A stretch of 64,000 nucleotides of DNA from Marispirochaeta sp. (GTDB lineage: Bacteria > Spirochaetota > Spirochaetia > JC444 > Marispirochaetaceae), in NCBI GenBank assembly GCA_963676835.2, contig CAXXFF010000004.1:320001-384000 (forward strand). The letters run 5' to 3'. Position numbers and translations under genes: made by a program. Each line of letters opens with the position of its first letter. The stretch's first letter is position 1. Shown in pieces: positions 38,388 through 48,779 of this stretch. Below the pieces are notes generated by a model. The model ran no database searches. It was given only the letters and a program-made list of their open reading frames with translations, and had not been told where the DNA came from.

Positions 38388-39470
38388 TTAAAGCTGATCT
38401 TCCTGTTTCCAGGCAGAGAGAGCAGTTCCTTTATGCACCCTGCCCCTCAGATTTCTGCCGGAACTCTCCGCTCTTTCCACTTCTCCTGCGTTAAGCCCGA
38501 TAAGCAGCAGCCCCCGGTCCACCGTTGCCTGGTATATCTTCTCCATATCATTCAGCTCCGGCTGGGAAAGGTTGAAAACAGACAAGCCCGGAATAGACGC
38601 CGCCTGTTCAATATAATGATCCCCCCGACCGCAAAAATGGATCCCCCCTCCAAAGCGCGAGAGAATCGCCGCATCACAGGGCTGGACAAACGCAGCGTAC
38701 ATTTCACCGGAAATGTTCATGGCCGAATCGTTGCGGATAATGGTATGGCCTCTATGCAGCATCCCCCACTCCACACTGTATTCCGGCGAATAGGGCGCCG
38801 CAGCTTCATGCCACTTTTCAGTAAAGTCGATATAGAGCCTGGTAAAGAAATCAAGGGCAGCCCTTACTTCATCTTCAAGTTCGTACATGGCTATGTAGAT
38901 ATCGCTTCCCCACATGGATTCACAGAGAGAAAACGGCCCCTGCAGGTCGGGATTATACATCTTTACAAACTCACTAATACGCGGATAGTCCTTCACCTCT
39001 TCCCGGAACTTGTCTGCAAACTCAAATACCTTTCCTGCAAGACCGCCGGTATAGTCATATTTATTGTTTTCAATGAGTTCAAGGATAGCTGTTCCTCCCT
39101 CCGGCAGGGGCCGGGTGGAAGGCAACGTATCAATCTCCCTGTCGAGAAGAAACAGTTCAGCACCGAACATGGCGGGGATTATGCCGGTTCCGTAATTGGG
39201 GCGGACAGAAAGAATATCCCCGGAACCCCGGGCCAGGGCCTCCGAACAGAGCCTGAGCTGGGAGTAAATCATCAACTCCATATTGTTGAAGGCATCATTT
39301 ATCAGGATCTTCGGCCATTCAATGCCGGGAGAAACCGGCCTGCGGGAAGGAGAGAATACTTCCCCGGAAAAATCAAGATCCGCGAAGCTTTCCCAGGAGG
39401 AAAGCAGCATGTTCTCCTGTTCCGGGTTTATCCGTTTTTCAAGGTCGATAAGATACTTATATAAATCCAT
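38388..39470 (-). CDS. Uroporphyrinogen decarboxylase (URO-D)-like TIM-barrel protein
   Basis: PDLQGPF, ND.A..IS.EMY..FV.P, IHFCG. Confidence 0.7.
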   Translation of the reverse strand: MDLYKYLIDLEKRINPEQENMLLSSWESFADLDFSGEVFSPSRRPVSPGIEWPKILINDAFNNMELMIYSQLRLCSEALARGSGDILSVRPNYGTGIIPAMFGAELFLLDREIDTLPSTRPLPEGGTAILELIENNKYDYTGGLAGKVFEFADKFREEVKDYPRISEFVKMYNPDLQGPFSLCESMWGSDIYIAMYELEDEVRAALDFFTRLYIDFTEKWHEAAAPYSPEYSVEWGMLHRGHTIIRNDSAMNISGEMYAAFVQPCDAAILSRFGGGIHFCGRGDHYIEQAASIPGLSVFNLSQPELNDMEKIYQATVDRGLLLIGLNAGEVERAESSGRNLRGRVHKGTALSAWKQEDQL

Positions 39471-39501
39471 GCGCAAAATCCTTTACCCTCAATAAAAATC
39501 C

Positions 39502-40302
39502 CTACTCCACCCGGTTCATCATCTTCCCCTTCATGGTGCAGTAGATGATCTTCCTGGGGGTAAGCTTGTGGATCATATAAATAAACTTGTAGAAGAGCCC
39601 GGGCACAAGGATTACCGGCGGGTTCTTTTTCTGCAGGGATTTCACTGAATCCGCAACTATCCGGGCGGGCTCCATCCAGCGGAAGACGCCTGAGTTCTTC
39701 TGGTTAAACCCCTTCCCAAGCCCAAGCTGCTCATGAAAACCGGTGCGGATAAAGCCCGGGCAGAGGGCCTGAACCTTCACGCCTGTATCAACCAGTTCCT
39801 GCTGCAGCGCCTCCGACCAGCGAACCAGAAAGGCCTTGGTGCCGCTGTACATTGAGTCCAGGGGCGCCGGGAAAAATCCGGCAATGGAGGCTACATTAAT
39901 AATTGCCCCGGAACCTTTCTGCTTCATCCCCGGCAGCACTTCGTGGGTCAGCCGGGTAACCGCCAGGACATGCACAGAGAGCATGGCGTACTGATTTGCA
40001 TAGCTGTCGGCCGAGAAGGGCTTCGGACTGCCGAATCCGGCATTATTTACCAGCACCGCAAGGTCTTTAATACCTGAAAGCTCCCGGGCCAGATTCTCAG
40101 TCTCTTCTGCGGAAGAGAGATCCACCTTGCGGATTTCCACGGAACAGCCGTAACGGCTAGATAGGTCGTTCTGTATCTTCTGAAGGATTTCTATACGCCG
40201 GGCGGTAAGTATGAGGCTATAGCCCTGCCGGGCATAATACTCGGCATAGGCCAGACCTATTCCGGAACTGGCTCCGGTAATCACTGCGGTTAAGTTTTCC
40301 AT
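39502..40302 (-). CDS. SDR oxidoreductase
   Basis: TGASSGIG, NNAG, YSGTK; likely start MENL at 40302. Confidence 0.9.
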   Translation of the reverse strand: MENLTAVITGASSGIGLAYAEYYARQGYSLILTARRIEILQKIQNDLSSRYGCSVEIRKVDLSSAEETENLARELSGIKDLAVLVNNAGFGSPKPFSADSYANQYAMLSVHVLAVTRLTHEVLPGMKQKGSGAIINVASIAGFFPAPLDSMYSGTKAFLVRWSEALQQELVDTGVKVQALCPGFIRTGFHEQLGLGKGFNQKNSGVFRWMEPARIVADSVKSLQKKNPPVILVPGLFYKFIYMIHKLTPRKIIYCTMKGKMMNRVE

Positions 40303-40363
40303 TCTTTTACTATACCGGGAAATAAGGCCCGGCACACCCTTTGCCCGGAAAATTTGAGATTTG

Positions 40364-40401
40364 AAAAAGAAAAAAAAGCCGGGACTTAAAACAGCCCCGG
40401 C
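40364..40401 (-). terminator. Rho-independent terminator of the ankyrin gene
   Basis: GCCGGG...CCCGGC hairpin with an A run on + (U run on -). Confidence 0.7.
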
Positions 40402-40423
40402 AAACACGAAAAAGAAACAGCAA

Positions 40424-41932
40424 CTATAATGCAGATGCCGATTTTGCACCGGCAGCGGTAATCAGGTTACGCATTTCATCGTAGCGGGAACTGGTCGGCA
40501 GAGTATCCAGCGGAGTTTTCCCGCTCTCATCCACAACATTCAGATCAATTCCCTTTTCAATGCAAAGCTGAACAACTTCCATGCGCTTGTTGCGTACTGC
40601 AAAATGAAGCAGGGTTTTTCCCCGGAGATAGACCCGGCTGAGGTCCGCACCATGAGCAGCAAGGTAAATTATCTTGTCGTCTTCCGGATGCTGCTGCAGA
40701 GTGCTCAAAAGAATATTGCTGTCCGAAATATCAGCACCTTTATCTATCAGATAGCGGGCAACCTCAAAGTTATAGCACAGGTTGTTAAGATCAAAAGCAT
40801 TAACCGAGCATCCTTTTGAGAGAAGCAGATCAATCAGCTTCAGCAGATCATCCGTGGGCATAACGGAACTGATCTTATATGCAATCTTCGCAGGATCGGC
40901 GCCATACTTCAGCAGAATTTCAGCACATTCGCTAATGCCGTTGGCACTGTAGTCACCATCGGAAATGACTGCACCGCTTTTGAGCAGCGTCTCCACTGTT
41001 ACAGGCTTACGGATTTCAATGGCTCTTACGAGGGGCGTCTTCCCCTGGCTGTCGGCAATATTGATATCCGCACCATTTTTAATCAGCAGCTCAGCAAGCT
41101 GTACAGGACTGCCCATTTTGTCGCCCTGATCTTTACCGTCGGCTTCCATAAGCATTCTAAGAGGTGTCATGCCTTTACCATCGGTTTCATTTACCCCGAG
41201 TCCGGCATCTATGAGAGCCTGAACCATCTCAAGGCGGTTATCGAATACCGCAGTTGATGGATAACTATCGCAGGCCATATGCAGAACAGGTTCTCCCTTT
41301 CGGTCGGCAAGTCCAACAGGACTTACCCCTTTATCAAGAGCCCAGGCAGTGATTTTACCCGCCTTGGCATGGACCGCATCAAGCAGGAATCTGCCGTCCA
41401 CCGGCGTGTAGGCGGTAAATGCTTCCATTGCAGCAAGGTCATCAGCCTTCAGGACTTCATAGAATCTTTTAATCTTGTCTCCCACCAGGTTGTTGGCGAA
41501 CTCCCACCGGGGACTTCCGGCCAGTTCTCCATTCATGGCATGGGGAAAGCTGTTTCCCCGGTCATCCCGCTGGAGGATCCAGGCTTTCTTCTCCACCAGC
41601 AGTTCTGTAACTGCATTACCGGCTCCCACCATGGGAAAATGCTTCTCCGCCAGATGGAGTAGAAGCACATCATCTGCCACAAGGGTTCGTACATCGTCCA
41701 CATTGCCAAGCAGATCGTTCAGGGCATCGTAATCCCCGGCGGTAACGGCTTCGACAATGGTCTCCTGGTTAACCTCCTTGCCGGAAAGAGAGAAAACCAC
41801 CTTCCGTTCAACAGATTTAACCTTGGTGTCCACAGCCTTGTTCAGGTTCTCTTTCAGAGAAAGACTTGTGGGCAGACCGGAACAGCCAGCAAAAACAAAA
41901 ACTGCTATAAGTACTGCTATTATTTTTTTCAT
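40424..41932 (-). CDS. Ankyrin-repeat lipoprotein
   Basis: Lipobox VFAGC; GxTPL...GADIN repeats. Confidence 0.88.
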   Translation of the reverse strand: MKKIIAVLIAVFVFAGCSGLPTSLSLKENLNKAVDTKVKSVERKVVFSLSGKEVNQETIVEAVTAGDYDALNDLLGNVDDVRTLVADDVLLLHLAEKHFPMVGAGNAVTELLVEKKAWILQRDDRGNSFPHAMNGELAGSPRWEFANNLVGDKIKRFYEVLKADDLAAMEAFTAYTPVDGRFLLDAVHAKAGKITAWALDKGVSPVGLADRKGEPVLHMACDSYPSTAVFDNRLEMVQALIDAGLGVNETDGKGMTPLRMLMEADGKDQGDKMGSPVQLAELLIKNGADINIADSQGKTPLVRAIEIRKPVTVETLLKSGAVISDGDYSANGISECAEILLKYGADPAKIAYKISSVMPTDDLLKLIDLLLSKGCSVNAFDLNNLCYNFEVARYLIDKGADISDSNILLSTLQQHPEDDKIIYLAAHGADLSRVYLRGKTLLHFAVRNKRMEVVQLCIEKGIDLNVVDESGKTPLDTLPTSSRYDEMRNLITAAGAKSASAL

Positions 41933-41950
41933 ATCTACTCTCACTTTTCT

Positions 41951-43180
41951 CTATTTCAGCAGGAAATCGCCGCGGCGGCCGGAGATAAGCGAGTAGAGCA
42001 CTCCAGTCAGATCACCTTCTTCATCGCTGGAAACAGTCTTAACCAGGCCGCCGTTTACAGAAGTGGTATCAGAGAAATACCAGGTGTAGCTGCCGGTTTC
42101 ATCTTCCTGAACAACCACGTAGCAGCCCGGGTAGGAGCCGGCGGGGACTTTCACATCCTCCCTGCGGGCAGACCTGGTGAGGGTCGCAATATAATCTTCA
42201 TCTGCGGCATCACCTTCGGCAAGAACAGCATCGGAAGAACCTTCGTAGTTATACTCTTTAACCACACCTTCCGAATCCCGGTAAAGAATAGTAGTCAGGG
42301 CAAGACCTGCATCGAGCCTGAACTCATAGACAACCTCTTCGGTGTCATCATAGAAGCGCATGCGCCACCAGGTTGAGCCGTCACTCTCTTCTTCCAGCAG
42401 AAGACGCTCTACGTAGAACTGATCCTCACCATCATCATACTGCCATACACTGCCGCTTCCCACTGCATAGCTTTCGGGAGCCCAGAAATAACCGCCGGAG
42501 TAAAATGCAAAAGCCATAAGAGTGTAGAACTGAGTCAGGTATACAGACTCTTCAACTGCGGCAATTGCGGCTGCCCCTTCTTTCCATACCCCGGCCATAC
42601 CGTTCACAACCGGGGTCTTCCCGATACGAAGGCCGATATTCAGGGCAAACCCGCTGTTGTCACCCCAGTCGGTGTAACCGGCACCTACAAAAAGCCTGTT
42701 ATTGAGAAAATAATTTACCCCTGAAGCGACCCGGAGCCGTAAGCCGGGATCCTCATCGACAATATCCATGCCCAGGCCGAGTTTTGCATAAAGGTCAACG
42801 CGGTCGAAGATCTCAGCCCCCGGAATATCCAGCCCCTTAAGGCCGAAGTGCATGGTACCGGAACCAAAGGCACCCATGGAAAGATCATCATGTACAATGG
42901 GCAAACCAAAACGTCCGCCGCCTTCTATACCGAAATCAATAAAGGAGAGCCCCCCGATCTGGGGCTTATAAAGAATAACTTCCAGGGAGGGATAGAGCCC
43001 GAGAGACACAGCGTCCTCGTAGTCGTCAAACTCAATGGCAGCAGAGCCTGTGGGGATAACATTTCCAAGGGCATAATTACTGCCCCAGAGAACCTCATCA
43101 GCAGAATCATCACCGAATGCACTGCCGGTAAAAAACAGCATAATTATTAATAAGCAACACCATATCGTATTCACTTTCAT
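41951..43180 (-). CDS. Secreted/outer-membrane protein (N-terminal beta-barrel-like, acidic C-terminal domain)
   Basis: Signal peptide; amphipathic strands (SGVNYFLNN.LFVGAGY). Confidence 0.65.
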   Translation of the reverse strand: MKVNTIWCCLLIIMLFFTGSAFGDDSADEVLWGSNYALGNVIPTGSAAIEFDDYEDAVSLGLYPSLEVILYKPQIGGLSFIDFGIEGGGRFGLPIVHDDLSMGAFGSGTMHFGLKGLDIPGAEIFDRVDLYAKLGLGMDIVDEDPGLRLRVASGVNYFLNNRLFVGAGYTDWGDNSGFALNIGLRIGKTPVVNGMAGVWKEGAAAIAAVEESVYLTQFYTLMAFAFYSGGYFWAPESYAVGSGSVWQYDDGEDQFYVERLLLEEESDGSTWWRMRFYDDTEEVVYEFRLDAGLALTTILYRDSEGVVKEYNYEGSSDAVLAEGDAADEDYIATLTRSARREDVKVPAGSYPGCYVVVQEDETGSYTWYFSDTTSVNGGLVKTVSSDEEGDLTGVLYSLISGRRGDFLLK

Positions 43181-43351
43181 ATAGATACAGCCTCCAGTTT
43201 AAACTGATCTATTCTTTCCTAAATGGGGCGTTACCGGGAGTGTTATTCTTCCAGAATCAGAGGATCTTTGGTCATGGAGCAAAAATTACCTAAGTAACGG
43301 TTTATCCATGATTGATATGACTTTGGTAATGGTGCATAATTGCACAAGTCC

Positions 43352-44233
43352 ATGGAGTACAGTTACACCTTTGCAAACTTTTTTCACATCCTGTTGTGTA
43401 CCGCAGGACTGGCCGTAATAATTCCTCTTTGCATTCTTGCACCTTTAAGTACACATAATCCCCGGCTGCGTCGTATTGCTTTGGCTGCTGCGGTTACCGG
43501 AACTACTGCTCTGGCGCTGCATACTGTCTGCCCCTGGGTTTTTTTCAGGGAAATGCTGTTTCCCTTTCAGCTCCTTTTCATCCCTTCCGGCCTCTATCTT
43601 GCCTACACCCTGAGCCGCTCCTACCGGAATAGAAAAATAGAGGATTACAGCAGCTGGATAATCGATACTCTCAGAGAAAAAATCATCATTTTCGATAAGG
43701 ATATGCGCACCATAAGCTGCGGAAAAACCGGCCTTCCGGCACAGTGGTTTCCCTACGGCAGCCGCCCGGAACTGCCGGAGACTGACTCAGATACAGACTT
43801 TTCCCTTTTAGCAGCGCTGATGAAAAAACCTGTTAAAAGCTCCGGGTCCTTCTCCTGGAGAGGGACAGACCTCTCCTACCGGCTTATCCCCATTGAGAAG
43901 GGATACCTGCTGATTCTGCTGGATATTTCCGAAGAAACCACTCTTCTCAAAGAGCTGCGCATGAAAAATATTCAGCTGGAAAACAGCCGGCGCTCAATTG
44001 AGCAGCTGGAAGAAAAACGGCTGAAAGAGGAACAGGAGCAGTACAGAAACAGGGTATCTTCACGGATAAACAGAACAGTAAGTGAAAACCTTGTGGCCCT
44101 GCTGGCAGATATCGAAACCGTCGCTGCCTCGGGCAACAATCCTGAGAAAGATAAAATTCATACCATGCTCAAGCATGCCGAGGAGAGTATGTCCTCCATC
44201 CGCAGCATGGTCCGTCGACTGGCGTCGGAATAA
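43352..44233 (+). CDS. Membrane protein resembling a sensor kinase without the HATPase domain
   Basis: TM helices, PAS-like region, coiled coil ending SMSSIRSMVRRL. Confidence 0.65.
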   Translation: MEYSYTFANFFHILLCTAGLAVIIPLCILAPLSTHNPRLRRIALAAAVTGTTALALHTVCPWVFFREMLFPFQLLFIPSGLYLAYTLSRSYRNRKIEDYSSWIIDTLREKIIIFDKDMRTISCGKTGLPAQWFPYGSRPELPETDSDTDFSLLAALMKKPVKSSGSFSWRGTDLSYRLIPIEKGYLLILLDISEETTLLKELRMKNIQLENSRRSIEQLEEKRLKEEQEQYRNRVSSRINRTVSENLVALLADIETVAASGNNPEKDKIHTMLKHAEESMSSIRSMVRRLASE

Positions 44234-44244
44234 GGAACCTCTGA

Positions 44245-44892
44245 ATGAGTTATACAATCATCCTGGCAGAAGACCAGAAGCTGATCCGTGATTCCCTGGA
44301 AATACTCCTGAATAAAGATCATCTTCTGCATGTAGCAGCAACGGCCTCTGACGGAAAACAGGCAATTGAACTCTTTGACCGGCACAATCCCGACCTGATG
44401 GTGCTGGATATCAAGATGCCGGAAATGAACGGTCTTGAGGCAGCACGCCGGCTGAAGGAAAAGAAGAAGGATCTGAAGCTTGTACTGCTTACCACCTTTG
44501 AAGAAGAGGCCGCATTCAGAGAAGCCCTGCAGATTGGTGTGCATGGAATTTTTCTGAAGGATATCGACCCTGAGCTTTTTGTTATTTCCCTGAAAGCGAT
44601 TATGGGCGGACTTCTGGTGTTTCATCCTGCGGTGGAGGAGTTTCTCAAGCAACCGATGAAAAATCATTCCGCCCCGGATATTTCGGGCTTCGGATTAACC
44701 GACAAAGATATGGATGTAATACGGCTTATTGCGGAAGGCTGCAGCAACAAACAGATTGCCGCCACTGAAGGCTGTTCCGAAGGAACAATTAAAAACCGGG
44801 TCAGCTCTGTTCTGGGCAAAATGGGGCTTCAGGACCGTACACAGATAGCCGTATATGCTATAAAACACAACCTTCTGTCTGAACTTGACTGA
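44245..44892 (+). CDS. NarL/LuxR family response regulator
   Basis: REC (LDIKMP) plus LuxR HTH (SNKQIA...EGTIKN). Confidence 0.93.
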   Translation: MSYTIILAEDQKLIRDSLEILLNKDHLLHVAATASDGKQAIELFDRHNPDLMVLDIKMPEMNGLEAARRLKEKKKDLKLVLLTTFEEEAAFREALQIGVHGIFLKDIDPELFVISLKAIMGGLLVFHPAVEEFLKQPMKNHSAPDISGFGLTDKDMDVIRLIAEGCSNKQIAATEGCSEGTIKNRVSSVLGKMGLQDRTQIAVYAIKHNLLSELD

Positions 44893-44900
44893 TAAACCCT

Positions 44901-46514
44901 ATGGTGCCCTATCTTTCCCGTCTGATTTTCACCATTGAAGTCTGGCACTTTATTGCTCTTATTCTCATCCTTACTGTAAATACCCTGCTCTACCGATATG
45001 CGGAAAAATCTGTACTGCTCTACCGGTATCTGGCCCTGCAGACAGCACTCCTTGTATGGGTGGTCAGCAAAATTCTCAAGACAGTCTCCCCCGACATAAC
45101 CCTGCGATGGAGCTTTATTGTGACCCAGTATATGGGCATAAGCGCCCTGGGTCCGCTGTTCTTCTCCTTCGCCTGGCAGTATATCTTCAGACGCTCCCCT
45201 CCGGCGGTGCTGAAATACCTGCTTATCCTCTTTTCCCTCTCATTTTCTCTGGCCGTACTGACCAATCCGCTGCACTACTTGTTCTACGCAACCTTTGCCT
45301 TTCATGGAGACAGCTTCGGCCCGTTATTCTATCTTTTTCAGGGAGTTTCCTACGCCCTTACAATTTCGGGCATTCTTCTGATAAGTGCCGCCATACTCTA
45401 CCGGCGAAGAACCCTCTGGGATATATTGATAATCGCAGCGGCCCTGCTTCCCCTGGGAGGAAACATCGCCTATATATTCGATCTCATGGAAACCATGTTC
45501 GACTACACTCCTCTGTTTATGACAGGGTCTCTCTTCTTTTTCGGTCTTGCGGTCTTCCGCTCCTACTTTCTGGGGATTGTTCCCGTTGCCAGAAGCATCC
45601 TGCTCACCCACCTTACGGACCCCATCATTCTCACAAACCGCAAAGGAAGGATCCTGGGGCAGACAGGTATTTCCGGCCATGTTGAAGTCCGCAGTAGAAT
45701 CACCAGGAACAACAGGAAATTCAAGCTCTACCATTCAAGAAAAACCCTCCAGGGAACCCTGCATCACTATATCGATATTACCAACATGGAGGAGCTGCAG
45801 ACAAATCTGGCGAAACAGAACAGCAACTTAAGCGAATCTTTGAAAATACTGAAGTCCCGCTACAATGAGGAAGCTGTCCGAATACGGAGGGATATAATCC
45901 GCCATTCCCGGCGGGAACTTCACGATATACTCGGCCATTCCCTGACACAGGTAATCTACCTGCTGCGCCGGATTCTTGAGAACGATAGCGGAAAGCCCCA
46001 GCTGATTCCCCAGCTCGAACAATGCGGAAGCCTGATAATCCGCTCCATCGATGAACTGAAAAACACCCTCAAGGGAAAGGTACGAAACCTCAGCATTCTC
46101 TCCATTGCCCTAAGAGAAACAGTGGATAACTTTATTCTGGAACAAACCCGTATCGAACTGACTGTCCGGGGCAGAGAGCGCTCCCTTACACCGGAGATAG
46201 TCGCTTCCCTGCTCCGCTGCTGTCAGGAGGGGATTACCAATGCGGTAAAACACGGTCAGGCCTCCCGTATTGATATTGCCCTTCTTTATGGAGAAGAAAA
46301 AATTGCCCTGATAATTGCCGATAACGGCAAAGGGTTTAATCACAAAAACAGGGGCAGCGGCCTGTCACTTATGCAGACTTCAGTGGAGCAGAATGACGGG
46401 GTACTGCGCATCTGGAGTGCCGTCGATGACGGCTGCCAGATCACCATACGCCTGCCCTATCCGGCCACTGCTGCGACCGCCCCCTCATCCCTGCCGGAAC
46501 CCGCGATGACTTAA
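44901..46514 (+). CDS. 7TM sensor histidine kinase (HisKA_3)
   Basis: RELHDILGHSLT, QEGITNAVKHG, DNGKG. Confidence 0.9.
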   Translation: MVPYLSRLIFTIEVWHFIALILILTVNTLLYRYAEKSVLLYRYLALQTALLVWVVSKILKTVSPDITLRWSFIVTQYMGISALGPLFFSFAWQYIFRRSPPAVLKYLLILFSLSFSLAVLTNPLHYLFYATFAFHGDSFGPLFYLFQGVSYALTISGILLISAAILYRRRTLWDILIIAAALLPLGGNIAYIFDLMETMFDYTPLFMTGSLFFFGLAVFRSYFLGIVPVARSILLTHLTDPIILTNRKGRILGQTGISGHVEVRSRITRNNRKFKLYHSRKTLQGTLHHYIDITNMEELQTNLAKQNSNLSESLKILKSRYNEEAVRIRRDIIRHSRRELHDILGHSLTQVIYLLRRILENDSGKPQLIPQLEQCGSLIIRSIDELKNTLKGKVRNLSILSIALRETVDNFILEQTRIELTVRGRERSLTPEIVASLLRCCQEGITNAVKHGQASRIDIALLYGEEKIALIIADNGKGFNHKNRGSGLSLMQTSVEQNDGVLRIWSAVDDGCQITIRLPYPATAATAPSSLPEPAMT

Positions 46515-46603
46515 CAATCGATGTACCGCCCTTAGCTCCATTTCTTGACCGTTGAACAAAGGTTTGAGACAGGGTAGACTGATTTTCCCGTAAATTCCCC
46601 ATA

Positions 46604-47632
46604 ATGGAGGAACAGATGATTACATCAGAAGAACTTTTCAGTAAGCTCCAGAAGGTCCGCTTTGCTGCTGCCGGAGATGATGAACTGAGAAAACATATAG
46701 AATCCTCAATGCGTACCATTGAAGAGATAGAAGAACTGAAGCGGAAAAAGAATGCGGTGGTTCTGGCCCACTCCTACGTAACTCCGGACATAATCTATTC
46801 TGTAGCAGACTACTCCGGCGACTCATATGAGCTATCCAAAAACGCCCTGGAGGCAGACGGCGAACTGATTGTTTTTGCCGCTGTACGCTTTATGGGCGAA
46901 ACCGCCAAAATCCTGAATCCGCAAAAAGACGTTCTGGTTCCCGGAACCGATGCAGGCTGTTCACTGGCAGACAGTATTACCGGCGAGGATGTACGCAAAC
47001 TCAAGAAGGAGTTCCCCGATTACGCTTTCGTATGCTACATCAACACCACCGCCGATGTAAAAGCCGAGTGCGATGTCAGTGTTACCAGTTCAAACGTTTA
47101 CAAGATTATCGAAAACTACCCATCCGACAAGATTTACTTCCTTCCCGACCGTCTCATGGGGGGAAATATCATTACAGAAATGAAACGCCGGGGAGTAAAG
47201 AAGGAGATACGGCTCTGGGACGGAACCTGCTATGTCCACGAAGCCTTTGATCCCGGTATGATTGATCAGTTCCGGGAAGCACACTCCGATCTTTACGTTA
47301 TGGCACACCCGGAATGCAAGCCCGAAGTAACCGAAAAATGCGACTATGTGGGCTCCACCAGCCAGATGTTCAAGGTAATCCCCGAGGTTAAAACCGACAA
47401 GATCATGCTGCTTTCAGAATGCGGGCTCATAAGCCGCATAGAGGTTGAACTTCCGGGCAAGCAGTTTCTGGGCACCTGCCAGATGTGCAAGTACATGAAA
47501 TCCAATACCCTGGAGAATATCCTGCGGGTTTTGAAAAATCCTGAACCTGCAGATTATGTACAGCTTGATGAAGATATCATAAAGCGTTCCATGCGCAGCC
47601 TGGAGAACATGTTCAAGTACGCGGAGATGTAA
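46604..47632 (+). CDS. nadA: Quinolinate synthase A
   Basis: LAHSY, AGCSLA, YINT, CYVH, AHPEC, GSTS, CKYMK. Confidence 0.95.
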   Translation: MEEQMITSEELFSKLQKVRFAAAGDDELRKHIESSMRTIEEIEELKRKKNAVVLAHSYVTPDIIYSVADYSGDSYELSKNALEADGELIVFAAVRFMGETAKILNPQKDVLVPGTDAGCSLADSITGEDVRKLKKEFPDYAFVCYINTTADVKAECDVSVTSSNVYKIIENYPSDKIYFLPDRLMGGNIITEMKRRGVKKEIRLWDGTCYVHEAFDPGMIDQFREAHSDLYVMAHPECKPEVTEKCDYVGSTSQMFKVIPEVKTDKIMLLSECGLISRIEVELPGKQFLGTCQMCKYMKSNTLENILRVLKNPEPADYVQLDEDIIKRSMRSLENMFKYAEM

Positions 47633-48740
47633 CCGCCGGTTCCAGCCGGTAGACTCCGCCGCTTGAAGAATCCGTAAGCAGATACAATTCCCCATCAGGC
47701 CCCTGACGGACATCACGTATACGCCCGATACGTCCCTTAAGCAGAACCTCTTCACCGGTAATAAGACCCGAGTCGTCCCGCTTAACCCTGCGCAGATGCT
47801 GTCCGGCAAGAGCACCGACAAAAAGATCACCCTTCCACCCGGGGAAAAGAGTGCCGGAATATACTGCCATTCCTGAAGGTGCAATGGAAGGATCCCAGTA
47901 CAGCAGCGGTTGTTCCATCCCGGGGGCGGCAGTACCCCGGCCGATCTTCGAACCGTTATAATCTGTACCATAGGTAATCTCCGGCCATCCGTAATTTCTG
48001 CCGGGACGGATGAGATTTATTTCATCCCCACCTTTGGCTCCGTGCTCATGAGCCCAGATTTCTGCCGTAACAGGATCAAAGACCATTCCCTGGGGATTTC
48101 GGTGACCGAAGGAATAAACCCTGTCACCGAAGGGGTTATCCTCAGGAACTGTGCCGTCATCCCGGATACGTATAATGGAGCCGGCCTCATCGAAGCGATT
48201 CTGCGCCCGGTGCATTTCTCCCCGCTCACCAAGGGTAATATACAAATATCCCTCATTATCAAATGCCAGCCGGCTTCCGAAATGTCTGGTGGTGCTTCCG
48301 CCCCGGTTGGCGGTAAAAACAGGCTCAACCCCGGCAAGACGGTTTCCTTCAATCCGGCCCCGGCTTACGGCAGTAGCGTTTCCCGTGTTTGTAGATACTA
48401 CATGGCTCAGGTAGATCCACCGGTTCTCTGCATAATCCGGATGCAGCACAATATCCAGCAGGCCGCCCTGTCCGCCGGCCTGTATATCCGGCAGGCCGTC
48501 AACCTCTTCACGACCGCTGCCGTCTGCCTCAAACAGCCAGAGACGTCCGGATCTCTGGCTTACCAGAAAGCTGCCATCGGGAAGAAAAGCGATGCTCCAG
48601 GGATTGGCGATTCCACCGGCAATCTGAACCAGGCTGAAATCAGCATCCTCTGATTCTATCCCCGCATCAATGACGGACATTTCTGCAGTAAGGGTCTGTA
48701 CAAAAAACAGAAGCACCATGAGTTTTATATATCTGTTCAT
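47613..48740 (-). CDS. PQQ-dependent sugar dehydrogenase (YliI/Asd-like)
   Basis: GQGGLLD, HFGSRL, GHRNPQG, NYGWP, RIRDV. Confidence 0.9.
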   Translation of the reverse strand: MNRYIKLMVLLFFVQTLTAEMSVIDAGIESEDADFSLVQIAGGIANPWSIAFLPDGSFLVSQRSGRLWLFEADGSGREEVDGLPDIQAGGQGGLLDIVLHPDYAENRWIYLSHVVSTNTGNATAVSRGRIEGNRLAGVEPVFTANRGGSTTRHFGSRLAFDNEGYLYITLGERGEMHRAQNRFDEAGSIIRIRDDGTVPEDNPFGDRVYSFGHRNPQGMVFDPVTAEIWAHEHGAKGGDEINLIRPGRNYGWPEITYGTDYNGSKIGRGTAAPGMEQPLLYWDPSIAPSGMAVYSGTLFPGWKGDLFVGALAGQHLRRVKRDDSGLITGEEVLLKGRIGRIRDVRQGPDGELYLLTDSSSGGVYRLEPAVTSPRT

Positions 48741-48779
48741 ATAGAGAAGATAGCTATTTATGACTTTTTTTGTCAAATT

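Noticed and set aside
38280..39464. Long antisense ORFs (38280-39464, also 33910-34503, 52284-53111, 60681-61703)
   Set aside because: Shadows of well-supported genes on the opposite strand, with no motifs
46604..47632. nadA without adjacent nadB/nadC
   Set aside because: Dispersed nad genes are common; cannot be judged from one window
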